Source: Fibrobacterales bacterium (GTDB taxonomy: Bacteria > Fibrobacterota > Fibrobacteria > Fibrobacterales > JAOPTW01). From it: 23,928 nucleotides of DNA. The stretch spans positions 54,553-78,480 of the forward strand of contig JAOPTW010000029.1 of assembly GCA_051532035.1 (NCBI GenBank). Direction: 5' to 3'. The notes beneath the pieces are model-generated. The model ran no database searches. It worked only from the letters and a program-made list of their open reading frames with translations, and had not been told where the DNA came from. Of the stretch, positions 1-9,984 are shown piece after piece. The number at the start of each line of letters is the position of its first letter. Position 1 is the stretch's first letter. Position numbers and translations under genes: made by a program.

Positions 1-31
1 CTTTGTTATATAAGATTTAAAATATTTTTAC

Positions 32-1549
32 TTAATCTTCGGCCTCTTCACAGAAGAGCATTCCTTCTGCATCAGTAAGACACAGTTTAGTTCTTTTCTC
101 TGCATACCGCACATTATCAACATAGAAAACTGGAGTTACAGCTGGTGTCCACACTTCTTTGCGGTTATTACCTTCGTCAATATACTCTCCATCAGCTATT
201 TTTACAAAGTTCACTACAATCCTCATCTCTTCAATTGATTTCTTTGTCATTAAATCACCGAAAGGAATTTCGATAGAATACCATTTATCATCTGGTTTCA
301 TACCATAATCATTGAGCCACATTACTGCTGCCCCTGTTCCTGAAGCATTTGGCATTCCCCACTCCATTTTGAGTTGTACGTTAAAATTTGATTTAATATC
401 GAACATTAATTTTGCATCATGCCAGTAACTCATATCTACTAAATCGGGCTGAGTAACCTCTTCTCCAAATTGATAGAATAACCCGCCCCAACTTGGTGTT
501 GCTGTAATTTTAAATGCCTCTGTTCCTTCTGAAGCTTCTGCACCAGTAACCGTTTCGAGTTTTACTTTCATCGGGTGCTTATCATCACTAAACACTCCCC
601 AATCACCTTCATAACCAGGTGAGCCCGCAAACTGAGCAGAGTCAAGAGGAATACCCTCTTCTTTATATACTACAAACATCGAATCACTAATTATCGTATC
701 AGCCTTATTATAATCATCAGAAAGTAATACAAACTCAACAACATCCATATCTGAATCAACTTTGAGCTCACCTACAAATGGAGTATACCCTTTCGCACGG
801 ATCTCAATTTGACGATCTCCCCGCTCAATATTTGTGAGATTCAAAAGTCCTTCATCGGTAGTTTCAATTCTCTGACCTCCGATATCATTTGCATCGGTTA
901 AGTCATAAAATGAGACATCTTCCTTACTGATTGGCATTGCATCATTCCCCAAAGTTTTACCAAGAATTTTTAACGTTACATCAGCAGTTGTAATTTCTGG
1001 TGGTTCTGGTGGGTCAATACAGATACTAAAGCCATCACAGTCACTGTCTTCGCAATCTTTGTCACCGTCACCATCATTGTCCTTGCCATCATCACATTGC
1101 CCTTCAGGAAGGCATACCGCTACGCTTGCACAACTTGGATCATCACAATCAAATTTGCCATCTTCATCATTATCTTTATTGTCTGCACATGCGGCATTGT
1201 TATCTTCCCGATCAGTGACGCATGGTAAAAAATCACTACATGCAGAATCATCACAATCTATATCTCCATCAGAATTATTATCAAGCCCATCATCACAAAT
1301 AGACTCCGGCATACATACTGCCACAGTACTACAATTTGGGTCATCGCAATCTTCAACACCGTTCTTATCATTATCTCTTCCATCAGAGCAACGCATGTTA
1401 GTGTTCTCTCCATCAGGATCTTCTCGTTTTACCAAAGTTTTGTCCGAAGCCATTTCCATATTGAGATAATCACTATTCTCGGAAATACACCCCTGAAAAA
1501 AGAATACTGTGATGAACACTAAAAGTGTGCGTGTAATTTGAATAGACAT
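32..1549 (-). CDS. Lipoprotein with 4 Cys/Asp-rich repeats, a carboxypeptidase-regulatory/transthyretin-like beta domain and a C-terminal carbohydrate-binding-like (galactose-binding fold) domain
   Basis: 505-aa ORF. Hydrophobic N-terminus ends in lipobox-like FQG-C21. Four CxDxxDNxxxGxxDCxDxxC repeats (aa 54-177), then a PPEPP linker. Aa ~189-277 show the G...PI...VS...T..EG...NI..G...I.I.AKGY pattern. The C-terminal domain has WGGLF, LMFDIK, WYSIEIPF and FYVDNVRY, typical of CBM11/CIA30-like sandwiches. A G-rich RBS lies upstream. Confidence 0.7.
   Translation of the reverse strand: MSIQITRTLLVFITVFFFQGCISENSDYLNMEMASDKTLVKREDPDGENTNMRCSDGRDNDKNGVEDCDDPNCSTVAVCMPESICDDGLDNNSDGDIDCDDSACSDFLPCVTDREDNNAACADNKDNDEDGKFDCDDPSCASVAVCLPEGQCDDGKDNDGDGDKDCEDSDCDGFSICIDPPEPPEITTADVTLKILGKTLGNDAMPISKEDVSFYDLTDANDIGGQRIETTDEGLLNLTNIERGDRQIEIRAKGYTPFVGELKVDSDMDVVEFVLLSDDYNKADTIISDSMFVVYKEEGIPLDSAQFAGSPGYEGDWGVFSDDKHPMKVKLETVTGAEASEGTEAFKITATPSWGGLFYQFGEEVTQPDLVDMSYWHDAKLMFDIKSNFNVQLKMEWGMPNASGTGAAVMWLNDYGMKPDDKWYSIEIPFGDLMTKKSIEEMRIVVNFVKIADGEYIDEGNNRKEVWTPAVTPVFYVDNVRYAEKRTKLCLTDAEGMLFCEEAED
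1019..1390 (-). repeat. Four tandem Cys/Asp-rich peptide repeats in A-B-A-B order (67-aa, 201-bp higher-order period)
   Basis: Repeats begin at C54, C85, C121 and C152. Repeats 1 and 3 end CDDPxCxxVAVC. Repeats 2 and 4 read PExxCDDGxDNxxDGDxDCxDSxCxxFxxC. Confidence 0.9.
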
Positions 1550-1860
1550 ACTATCCCCCCCAGGATAAAAATAATAATCTGTCGCCTTGTTATATGTACC
1601 GAGTACACTTAAGACTTCCCCTATAAAATAGCTTTATAGTAGGCGGTATTCAAAGTGAATTTGGAATTTACAGTTTACAAACTGTTCACAAAAAACAGCC
1701 AAAACAAGCTTTAAACGGCACATAGTTAGAATTTAACAACAATAGGGCTTCATATTTTAACCACAAGAACCTCAACTCTCTAGACTACTTTTCAATAATA
1801 TCTCTCTAAAATTTAGCTACATTTAGCCCACCTACTCAATTTTTAACACTGATACCTTCT

Positions 1861-3573
1861 ATGCATTACCTCTCTTTACTCATTGGAATAGCCTTTATAT
1901 CAAGCTGCACAACCATAGAGTCGTATTTCTCAAAGAAAAACCTCTGCCCCGAAACTCAGATTACTCCCCTGAATTCACAAGGAGACAGTGATATAAGCTT
2001 TACTCACACCCGTGGTTTTTATAAGAGTTCATTTGACGTGGCCCTCAGTACTCCCATTAAGGGAGCACTTTTCTACTCCACAAATGGTGTACTCCCGACA
2101 CCTGATAACGCATCTCCTTACACTACCCCGATCAGAATTCGAAATTCTAGTGTTATCCGGGCAGCAGTCTATCAAGATTGTAAACGCCTTTCAGACATCG
2201 TAACCCACTCGTACATATTCCCCGAACACGTTCTTGAACAAACGGGCGATGACATTCCTTCTCATGCACACTGGGGAAGGTATGGCCCCGATTGGGATAT
2301 GGACACCAGAATTATCAATTCTGATAGCCTTCCTAAAAACAAAAGTGACATTTTACTCTCAAACCCAACTATCGCAGTTACTATGCATTGGGATTCCCTT
2401 TTTGGTGATAATGGCATCTACATCTCAGGCGAGGGAGTAGAACAAGAGGCCTCTGTTGAATTTATTTACCCAAATAAACCTTCATACAGAACTCGTTCAT
2501 CAATCGAGGTATTTGGTGGCACCAGTACTAGAAGATGGAAAGTAGACAAACTCTCTTTTAAACTCACTTTTAGAAAGAAAACAGGGTACAAGAAGTTAAA
2601 GTACCAGCTCTTTAAAGATACTGAAGTTAAAAAGTTTAAACGCATCATCCTTGACGCAGCCCACAACAACACATTTTTCTCGGCATTCGAAAAAGAACGC
2701 AACCGTTCACTCTATATACGAGATCAATACATTGCTGATTTGCAAAACGAACTTGGGAGCTATGCACCCCACGGCTTTTATGCCCACCTCTATCTCAACG
2801 GCATATACTGGGGAATGTATTACATACACGAGCGCCCTGACCAACACTTTGCCCAATCATACTTGGGCCGCAATGACAAGAAATACAATGTCATCAAACA
2901 CACTGTCGAAGATGTCGTCTCTGGAACCAACACAAGTTATAAAGAACTGTGGAATAGAGCACGGAAAGACCTCACACTCGACGCCAATTATGAAGCAGTG
3001 GCCAAACTCTTAGATATTCCTGATTACATCAACTACCTTCTGATTAATGTCTATACCGGTAATATCGACTGGGCTTATAAAAACTGGTATGCAACACAGC
3101 ATAAAAAAGGTAAGTGGCGATTTCACTCATGGGACGCCGAGATGGCCATGCGTACTCTTGGATTCAATGGTTTTAGAAAAATTGACACAACAGAAATTAG
3201 CTTTCATAAGCATCTTATGTTTAACAAACAGTATCGCACACTTTTTAAAAAGGTCGTAGATAAAGAATTTTACAACAATGGCCTCTTTACCCCAGATAGG
3301 GCAGGCACTCTATTCGAGAAGCGCCTCAATGAGATTGACTATGCTATTATAGCAGAGTCAGCGCGATGGGGCGACAACAGAAGACCCGAAGAACCTTACA
3401 CAAAATGGGTTGAGTGGCAACAGAACAAAGACTACCTTTTAAAAACCTGGTTTCCTCGAAGAACGAAACGCGTCCTTCGTCAAATTGACCGACAGTTTAA
3501 CGAGTGGTCCACCGCCAATCTGACGAACCAACGAAAGGACACTCTATCCACTGACAACAAGGCATCTCCATAG
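1861..3573 (+). CDS. CotH-kinase-family lipoprotein with N-terminal chitobiase/Fn3-associated-like domain
   Basis: Lipobox ISS-C16. FTHTRGFY...LFYSTNGVLPT...YTTPI matches the Fn3-associated/chitobiase C-terminal-like pattern. CotH-type motifs are KLSFKL, YLNGIYWGMYYIHER, GNIDWAYKNW, WDAE and ESARWGD. Confidence 0.85.
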   Translation: MHYLSLLIGIAFISSCTTIESYFSKKNLCPETQITPLNSQGDSDISFTHTRGFYKSSFDVALSTPIKGALFYSTNGVLPTPDNASPYTTPIRIRNSSVIRAAVYQDCKRLSDIVTHSYIFPEHVLEQTGDDIPSHAHWGRYGPDWDMDTRIINSDSLPKNKSDILLSNPTIAVTMHWDSLFGDNGIYISGEGVEQEASVEFIYPNKPSYRTRSSIEVFGGTSTRRWKVDKLSFKLTFRKKTGYKKLKYQLFKDTEVKKFKRIILDAAHNNTFFSAFEKERNRSLYIRDQYIADLQNELGSYAPHGFYAHLYLNGIYWGMYYIHERPDQHFAQSYLGRNDKKYNVIKHTVEDVVSGTNTSYKELWNRARKDLTLDANYEAVAKLLDIPDYINYLLINVYTGNIDWAYKNWYATQHKKGKWRFHSWDAEMAMRTLGFNGFRKIDTTEISFHKHLMFNKQYRTLFKKVVDKEFYNNGLFTPDRAGTLFEKRLNEIDYAIIAESARWGDNRRPEEPYTKWVEWQQNKDYLLKTWFPRRTKRVLRQIDRQFNEWSTANLTNQRKDTLSTDNKASP

Positions 3574-3694
3574 CTTGTTACAAGGTTCCCCTTTATTTCC
3601 TGTAACAAACTCTCATTGGCACTACCCCAAACTCACTATTCGGTTACACTTTTTTACTACATTTCACCACATACCATTTACTACTTACGATACT

Positions 3695-5995
3695 ATGCAT
3701 ACTATTATTAACTACTTTCGCCAAGACCACAAACGTTTTATAGCACTTCTGATTATTTTTGGTGCATTCATCCGACTCATACAACTCGGGTCCCACCCTG
3801 CAGGCATCAATCAGGATGAAGCATCTATCGGGTACGACGTATGGGCGCTCCTTAACTACGGCATTGATAGGAACAACATCCCCTGGCCCGTTCATTTTAT
3901 CGCATGGGGGAGCGGCCAAAATGGACTCTATGGCTATTTTGCCCTTCCATTCATATGGCTTTTTGACCTCTCTGCCTTTAGCTTACGGCTTCCCAGCGCA
4001 CTCATCGGCATTGCTTCATTCTTTGCCGCCTATGGAGTCGGATGCCGACTGATCGACAGAAGATTTGGCACCCTTCTCCTTCTCTTAACCGTTATTTCAC
4101 CATGGCATATAATGGTAAGTCGATGGTCTCTCGAAGCCAACATCTACCCTTCCATCGTACTCATTGCGTTTTACTTTTTGCTCCGCGCCTCTGAGCATAA
4201 AAAGTTTCTCTTCTTATTCGCGGCAACCTTAGCCCTCTCACTATATGCTTACGGAACATCCTACGCCTTTACTCCTCTCTTTTTGATAGGACTTGCGCTA
4301 TTTGCCTATAAGTCAAAACAGTTTGCTCTTAAGCCCGTTGCAATGAGCATCCTTATCTTTTTCATTATCGCCACACCCATTATTCTTTTCGTTCTCATCA
4401 ATACCTTTAAGCTCCCTGAAATAATTACCCCCTATTTTTCTATTCCTCGCTACACAGGAAACCCACGATTTAGTACCATCACCACGCTCTTTAGTAGTTC
4501 CTTTTTAAGTGACACATTTAAACACCTCTCTAACCTTCTCGTACTGATTTTTGGGAGTCAAGAAGATGGCTTTCGCATCAATTCTCTCGACTACGCAGGT
4601 ATAATCTTCCCTGTAACAATCCCTTTAGCACTTCTCGGTGGGTATACTGCCTGTAAAAAATGGCTCCGTGACCCTTCGAATCTCGGATGGGCTATGCTCA
4701 TCTGCTGGACTATTGCGGGCTTTGTAACCTCACTTATGACCGGGCCCAATATAACCCGCATCAACATTCTCATATACCCTCTCATTATCTTTACTGCCTA
4801 TGGCCTCTATCTCGCCTATGCTCAATGGCCTACTTTTTATCGCATTGCACTCTCAATGATTATGATCTTTTTCTCAATATTTATACTCTATTATTTCACG
4901 GGCTATCGGACAGAAACACCAAGAAAATTTCACCTTGGCCTTGGGCAGGCACTCATCGAAGCAAAAGAACAGTGCAACCCCGATGACACTATATTTGTCC
5001 TCGCTAAAAACAAACTAGCCTATATGCACGCCCTCTTTTTTACAAAAGATGACCCCAACAGCTATCACGAATCACGTTCATTTCGAAGGATCAAGGTTCA
5101 ATTTCAAAAAGTACGCTCATACAATAATTACACATTCAGCTTTAAACAATCAGAATTTGAAACACCCAACATTGCAGTTGTCGATGCGTATAGGCTTAAT
5201 AGTCTTGATACAACACACTATTATGTGACCCCATTTCATAACTACGCCCTACTCCTCAAAAAATCGGAGTATGCTCCTAGGATACCAGTACTATCATCAG
5301 AGCCCTATTTAAATCTCTACCCCTCCTCAATAACCAGCCAACAGCATATAACGATTCATACCAATCAAAAGGTTGGGGAAATTAAAACCACCCTGTTCTC
5401 ACCGTATAATAAACGCAAAAAGACGATAATTCTCTCTGCATTTCAGGAAGGAGTTTACAAGTTACCAACTGATTCTCTGTATCCTGGCTATAACCGACTC
5501 AATTTTTTCATGTTCGATAGCAATGCCAGCAAACGAATAAGACACACCAAAGAGGTTTTCAATCAAGACAACGGAGCAGTCACCCCGCTCTCTTTTTCAT
5601 CCCTCAACGGGAGTCAAGACTGGAAATCTCTTGCGGAAAATCAGACGGTCGCTCAAAAAACAATCAAGATTAGTGGAAGAGCATACTCGTATGGCATGGG
5701 AACCCACGGCACCAGCCGTTATACTTTCATTCCCCCAAAAAATGCTGATTCGCTTTTTATTGCCTATGGATTATCTGACGAGAAAACCTGTGGCGATGGA
5801 GTTTCTATCTCAATAACCGATGGCACAACTACCCTCTATCAGAACAACACAATGAGAAGAAGAAAACTCTATACTACTCAAGTAGCAGTCGCACAAGCTG
5901 ATTCACTCTTTTTAATATCAGATAACAATGCGGATTCTCACTGTGACCATCTCAATTGGGTCTATCCCTATTTTACCATTTCTGCCAAGGAATAA
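3695..5995 (+). CDS. GT-C membrane glycosyltransferase (ArnT/PMT, GT39/GT83-like) with C-terminal Ig-like and NPCBM/NEW2 domains
   Basis: ATG 3695 is preferred over TTG 3575 because TM1 follows directly and a promoter-like motif lies 29 nt upstream. The loop after TM1 has the acidic pair NQDEASIGY, followed by RLPSAL, SPWHIMVSRWSLE and many TM segments. The C-terminus has GMGTHG...YGLSD...GDGV...DHLNW (NPCBM pattern). Confidence 0.82.
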   Translation: MHTIINYFRQDHKRFIALLIIFGAFIRLIQLGSHPAGINQDEASIGYDVWALLNYGIDRNNIPWPVHFIAWGSGQNGLYGYFALPFIWLFDLSAFSLRLPSALIGIASFFAAYGVGCRLIDRRFGTLLLLLTVISPWHIMVSRWSLEANIYPSIVLIAFYFLLRASEHKKFLFLFAATLALSLYAYGTSYAFTPLFLIGLALFAYKSKQFALKPVAMSILIFFIIATPIILFVLINTFKLPEIITPYFSIPRYTGNPRFSTITTLFSSSFLSDTFKHLSNLLVLIFGSQEDGFRINSLDYAGIIFPVTIPLALLGGYTACKKWLRDPSNLGWAMLICWTIAGFVTSLMTGPNITRINILIYPLIIFTAYGLYLAYAQWPTFYRIALSMIMIFFSIFILYYFTGYRTETPRKFHLGLGQALIEAKEQCNPDDTIFVLAKNKLAYMHALFFTKDDPNSYHESRSFRRIKVQFQKVRSYNNYTFSFKQSEFETPNIAVVDAYRLNSLDTTHYYVTPFHNYALLLKKSEYAPRIPVLSSEPYLNLYPSSITSQQHITIHTNQKVGEIKTTLFSPYNKRKKTIILSAFQEGVYKLPTDSLYPGYNRLNFFMFDSNASKRIRHTKEVFNQDNGAVTPLSFSSLNGSQDWKSLAENQTVAQKTIKISGRAYSYGMGTHGTSRYTFIPPKNADSLFIAYGLSDEKTCGDGVSISITDGTTTLYQNNTMRRRKLYTTQVAVAQADSLFLISDNNADSHCDHLNWVYPYFTISAKE

Positions 5996-6068
5996 ATGTT
6001 CATTACACCCCAAAAATGTGAGAAAATACTCACACAAGAGAGAGGTAGCGATCCTACTAGAAATAAAG

Positions 6069-6076
6069 TATATTTG
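6069..6076 (+). promoter_or_regulatory. Putative -7 promoter element TATATTTG upstream of gtrA
   Basis: Matches the TAnnTTTG consensus and lies 23 nt before the ATG. Similar motifs precede three other genes. Confidence 0.45.
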
Positions 6077-6099
6077 AAATGCTTTAACGGTTAGGTAAT

Positions 6100-6537
6100 A
6101 TGGTTCGCCTCCTTTTTTCAACAAAAACAGATCATGTATCAATACAGTTCTTTCGATATCTTATTGTAGGTGGACTCGCCTTTATTGTCGACTATAGCCT
6201 ACTCAACCTGTTTACTGATTATTTAGGGGTTCATTACCTTATTTCCCAAGTCATCGGATATATTGCCGGACTCTTTATAAATTATTTCTTGAGTATTCGC
6301 TGGGTCTTTAACAACAGAAATGTTGAAAATAAACGCCACGAATTCCTTATTTTTGCATTTATTGGTCTCATTGGACTGGGAATAAATACCTTTGTACTAT
6401 GGGTATTTAAAGAGCACCTCTTTATGCTCTTAATAAACACCGTACCTGAGTATCACCAAAGATATTCCAAACTGGCTGCAACAGCCCTTGTGTTTGCCTG
6501 GAACTTTATTGCCCGCAAACTAACACTTTTTAGATAG
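6100..6537 (+). CDS. GtrA-family polyprenyl-phosphate-sugar translocase-like membrane protein
   Basis: 145 aa with about 4 TM segments. GtrA hallmarks are [19 protein letters not shown] and [15 protein letters not shown] lies upstream of the ATG. Confidence 0.9.
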   Translation: MVRLLFSTKTDHVSIQFFRYLIVGGLAFIVDYSLLNLFTDYLGVHYLISQVIGYIAGLFINYFLSIRWVFNNRNVENKRHEFLIFAFIGLIGLGINTFVLWVFKEHLFMLLINTVPEYHQRYSKLAATALVFAWNFIARKLTLFR

Positions 6538-6545
6538 GAGATAGA

Positions 6546-8108
6546 ATGCCTCAACAGAAAGCAATTATTATTGGCGCTGGCCCAGCTGGCTTGACAGCTG
6601 CACTTGAGCTTCTCAGAAATACCGATGTGAAACCAATCATCTATGAAGCATCGGGTGCAATTGGTGGCATATCTCAGACAGTCAAATACAAAGGGAACCA
6701 TATCGATATTGGTGGGCACCGCTTTTTCTCAAAATCAGACACCGTTATGAACTGGTGGAAAGAGATTATGCCCATTCAAGGAGCTCCATCGTGTGATGAT
6801 ATTGAGCAACAACGCCCAATACCTCTCTCGGAACTTCCGGGGGCACCCGACCCAGAAAAAGAAGACCGGGTAATGCTCTATCGCGGACGTCTCTCTCGTA
6901 TATTCTTTTTAAGAAAGTTTTTTGACTATCCTATCACGCTAAATGCGCAGACCATTTTAAACCTTGGACCAACACGCCTCGTTGCAATTGGCCTCAGCTA
7001 CATTAAAATCAGACTCTTTCCTTTAAAGTCCGAAGAATCTCTCGAAGATTTTTTCATCAACCGTTTTGGCAACACCCTCTACAAAACCTTCTTTAAAGAC
7101 TATACCGAAAAGGTGTGGGGGGTTCCGTGTAATAAAATCACTGCAGAGTGGGGAGCGCAACGAATCAAAGGGCTCTCAATTAGCTCAACCATTAAACACG
7201 CCCTTAAAGCAGTATTTTTTCCTTCTAAAGATACCGACATTAACCAGAAAGGGGTTGAGACAAGCCTTATTGGTCAATTTCTCTACCCCAAACTTGGCCC
7301 TGGTCAACTATGGGAACTCGTTGCTGACGAAGTTATTAAGCTTGGTGGCGAAATCCATATGCATCACTCTGCAATTCAATTTGAAGAGAATAGCAACGCA
7401 CTCACAGAAGTCACTATTAGAAATGAAACCAGTGATGACACATTTACAGCAACTGCTGATTACTACTTTTCTACCATGCCCGTAAAAGACCTTATCTCAG
7501 CTATTCACCATGCACCCGCACCAGTAAAAGCCGTAGCCTCAGGCCTCTCATATAGAGACTTTATGACTGTTGGACTGTTGGTTAAAAAGCTCATGGTGAG
7601 TAACAAGGATGGTTCAGCCATTGCAGATAATTGGATCTATATTCAAGAACGTGATGTTAAAGTGGGAAGACTCCAAATCTTTAATAATTGGAGCCCATAT
7701 TTAGTTGCAGATCCAGAAACAATGTGGATTGGCCTCGAATATTTTTGCACCGAAGGCGATGGCCTCTGGACAATGCAAGATGATGATTTTATCGACTTTG
7801 CCACCGATGAACTGGCAAAAATCAATATCATTGATAAAGCTGACGTCCTTGACGCTACGGTAATGCGCGTCCCTAAAGCATACCCTGCCTACTTTGGAAC
7901 CTACAGTGAATTCGACACCATTCGTTCATATGTTGACGCCAAAGAAAACCTTTTCCTTATTGGAAGAAACGGTATGCATAAATACAACAATCAAGACCAT
8001 TCAATGCTCTCGGCTATTACAGCTGTAAACAATTTGAAATCTGGTATTACAACCAAGTCAAATATTTGGGAGGTTAACGTAGAGAGTGAATATCATGAGA
8101 GTAAATAA
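6546..8108 (+). CDS. FAD-dependent oxidoreductase of the protoporphyrinogen-oxidase/UDP-galactopyranose-mutase superfamily; probable NDP-sugar pyranose-furanose mutase
   Basis: Rossmann motif [13 protein letters not shown] and IGGISQT. Further motifs are [32 protein letters not shown] and [14 protein letters not shown]. The AGGAG RBS overlaps the gtrA stop codon. Confidence 0.8.
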   Translation: MPQQKAIIIGAGPAGLTAALELLRNTDVKPIIYEASGAIGGISQTVKYKGNHIDIGGHRFFSKSDTVMNWWKEIMPIQGAPSCDDIEQQRPIPLSELPGAPDPEKEDRVMLYRGRLSRIFFLRKFFDYPITLNAQTILNLGPTRLVAIGLSYIKIRLFPLKSEESLEDFFINRFGNTLYKTFFKDYTEKVWGVPCNKITAEWGAQRIKGLSISSTIKHALKAVFFPSKDTDINQKGVETSLIGQFLYPKLGPGQLWELVADEVIKLGGEIHMHHSAIQFEENSNALTEVTIRNETSDDTFTATADYYFSTMPVKDLISAIHHAPAPVKAVASGLSYRDFMTVGLLVKKLMVSNKDGSAIADNWIYIQERDVKVGRLQIFNNWSPYLVADPETMWIGLEYFCTEGDGLWTMQDDDFIDFATDELAKINIIDKADVLDATVMRVPKAYPAYFGTYSEFDTIRSYVDAKENLFLIGRNGMHKYNNQDHSMLSAITAVNNLKSGITTKSNIWEVNVESEYHESK

Positions 8109-9984
8109 CCTCATCAAACAGTGTGTCTCTTATTGTACCGCAGTACCCTATTGGAAATGGTACTGCGTTATTTTTTTCGTAGCGTTTTTCCTCAGATCCG
8201 AAATTGCTTACTACAATCTCGAGTCTAACGATAATCATTATCGCGTTGTCAATTACGTCTTAAAACACGGTGAGGTCCCGACTCCTGATAAGTGCTGGCA
8301 GTGCTACCATCCCAAAGCATTTCACTTGACGGCGGCAGCTGCCGTAGCTCTCGTATCCCCAGACACGCCATCAGGTCAGTTCAGAGTAATGAACTATGTT
8401 AATGTAGTAGCGGGTATGGTCACCCTTCTCTTCCTCATTCTCTTTTTGTCACGCCTCCCCTTTAATCCTCTTATAAAGCTTCTGGGATTTGCTATTGCTG
8501 CCCTTAACCCAAAGCTCACCGCAATTAATGCCCAGGTCACTAACGACTCATTTGCAATAATGTTTGCAGCCATAGCGCTCTATTACATATACCGGTACAT
8601 TCAAGAGGGAACATTGCGCTTCTTTCTCTTCTCTGTCATTGGTATTGCGTTAACCACCATGTCTAAAGGGTCTGGTCTCGTACTTTTTATTGCCTTTACG
8701 ACTCTCATTATCGCGGCACCACTGCCACCACTCTTTAAACGGTTTTCTAAAACAAAATCTCTCGCTCTCTTTTTCTGTATCTTTTTTCTCACCGTCCCTT
8801 GGAGTGGCTACTATCAAAATGCCCGCTACTATGGAAGTCCCCTTGCCATTAATACTGCCAAAGACCCTTTTCCCCATCTCTACAAGAAATCCTTAGAGAG
8901 CAAAGCGGGTGTTGTGAGTATCGTCCACTCATATGCAACCTTCCGCATTTTAGACCTCTTACAAAACCCACTGCTCACGAACGACACCGAATACTATCCG
9001 GATCACCACAACTCAGTATGGACTCAACTCTATGCACGCCATACTTTTTCGCGTTATGAGCGTTATCCTTGGTCATGGGTAACCTATAACCCAATTCTTC
9101 TGCGTAATGCACGGCTCGCCTATATATTTGGGCTCATTCCTCTCGCACTTATGTTTATTGGCCTAGGGAGTATTATTAAAGAGCTCTGGAACAGAAAAGA
9201 CCAAGGGCTTTCAAATATGTTTACTGGAAGCGATTGGTTTTACCTTTTAGTCACTGTCGGCTTCTTAGGTCTTATCATAAATATGACAGTCTCCTATCGC
9301 CTTCTTTGTACTATGAAACCAATCTACATATACCCTGGTGCTTTTGCCTTTCTCTATCTTTTTCTTAAAGGTTCAGAGAGATTACTTGCAAAGAAACCAA
9401 ACTACAAAATAGCCATTATACTCCCTATTATCGCCTTATCGACGCTCTATGCAATAGACTCATACTCTCTCGGCTTTGACCTTTCCAAGGTACACCCCGA
9501 AAAAGCAGCCCAGAGAAACAAATCGGCGCAACTCTCTCCTAATAGCTTACAGAGAGACAGCAGTAATTATACTCGACTGACCGACCTAAAACCTTCTGCA
9601 ACTCATCAAGATTATGGGTCCTTGCAGATCAGCAAATCTATCTCTAAAAAGCCCCTGACTATTAATGGCCTACTCTATGCAAATGGTATTGGCACTCATG
9701 CTCACTCAACAATAACCTATAATCTTGGTAACAATCACTCATACACAGAGTTCATTACAGGATATGGTATTGATGATAACGCACTCAGCGCTGATGGCGT
9801 TCAGTTTAGAATATTCAGAGACTCACTCCTCGCATGGGAGTCGAATCTCGTATACTCACATCAGTATAATAGTGTTACCCTTGATATAGCAAATGCTCAA
9901 GAGATTACTCTTGAAGTCCTAGAGCTTAAGAATAGAACAAAAGATCATGTCAACTGGATAGAGCCACTGCTACTCCATAAGTAG
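8095..9984 (+). CDS. GT-C membrane glycosyltransferase with C-terminal NPCBM/NEW2 domain
   Basis: Start is ATG 8095 (or GTG 8086), overlapping the upstream gene. The first loop is NDNHY...YHPKAFH, followed by VTNDSFA, SKGSG and multiple TM segments. The C-terminus has GIGTHAHS...YGIDD...DGVQF...DHVNW. Confidence 0.78.
   Translation: MRVNNLIKQCVSYCTAVPYWKWYCVIFFVAFFLRSEIAYYNLESNDNHYRVVNYVLKHGEVPTPDKCWQCYHPKAFHLTAAAAVALVSPDTPSGQFRVMNYVNVVAGMVTLLFLILFLSRLPFNPLIKLLGFAIAALNPKLTAINAQVTNDSFAIMFAAIALYYIYRYIQEGTLRFFLFSVIGIALTTMSKGSGLVLFIAFTTLIIAAPLPPLFKRFSKTKSLALFFCIFFLTVPWSGYYQNARYYGSPLAINTAKDPFPHLYKKSLESKAGVVSIVHSYATFRILDLLQNPLLTNDTEYYPDHHNSVWTQLYARHTFSRYERYPWSWVTYNPILLRNARLAYIFGLIPLALMFIGLGSIIKELWNRKDQGLSNMFTGSDWFYLLVTVGFLGLIINMTVSYRLLCTMKPIYIYPGAFAFLYLFLKGSERLLAKKPNYKIAIILPIIALSTLYAIDSYSLGFDLSKVHPEKAAQRNKSAQLSPNSLQRDSSNYTRLTDLKPSATHQDYGSLQISKSISKKPLTINGLLYANGIGTHAHSTITYNLGNNHSYTEFITGYGIDDNALSADGVQFRIFRDSLLAWESNLVYSHQYNSVTLDIANAQEITLEVLELKNRTKDHVNWIEPLLLHK

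Noticed and set aside
1059..1469. 136-aa Ser-rich ORF on the + strand with apparent repeats
   Set aside because: It is the antisense shadow of the Asp/Cys repeats of the lipoprotein (GAT reads as TCA/ATC on the other strand).
3575..3694. 40-codon N-terminal extension from TTG 3575
   Set aside because: It has no RBS and does not look protein-like. It contains the promoter-like motif, and ATG 3695 gives a normal GT-C N-terminus.
6546..8108. Call as hemY/protoporphyrinogen oxidase or DprE1
   Set aside because: There is no heme-pathway context and the motifs fit the mutase branch. DprE1 belongs to a different flavoprotein fold without an N-terminal GxGxxG.
8293..8310. CWQCYH as a heme-c attachment motif
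   Set aside because: It is CxxCYH, not CxxCH, and it aligns with the WEYHQP loop of the paralogous GT-C.
1861..9984. Visible C-over-G excess in the + strand genes as a sign of horizontal acquisition
   Set aside because: Replication strand bias and Leu/Phe/Ser-rich membrane proteins explain it more simply. There is no integrase, transposase, tRNA or flanking direct repeat. I did not quantify it.
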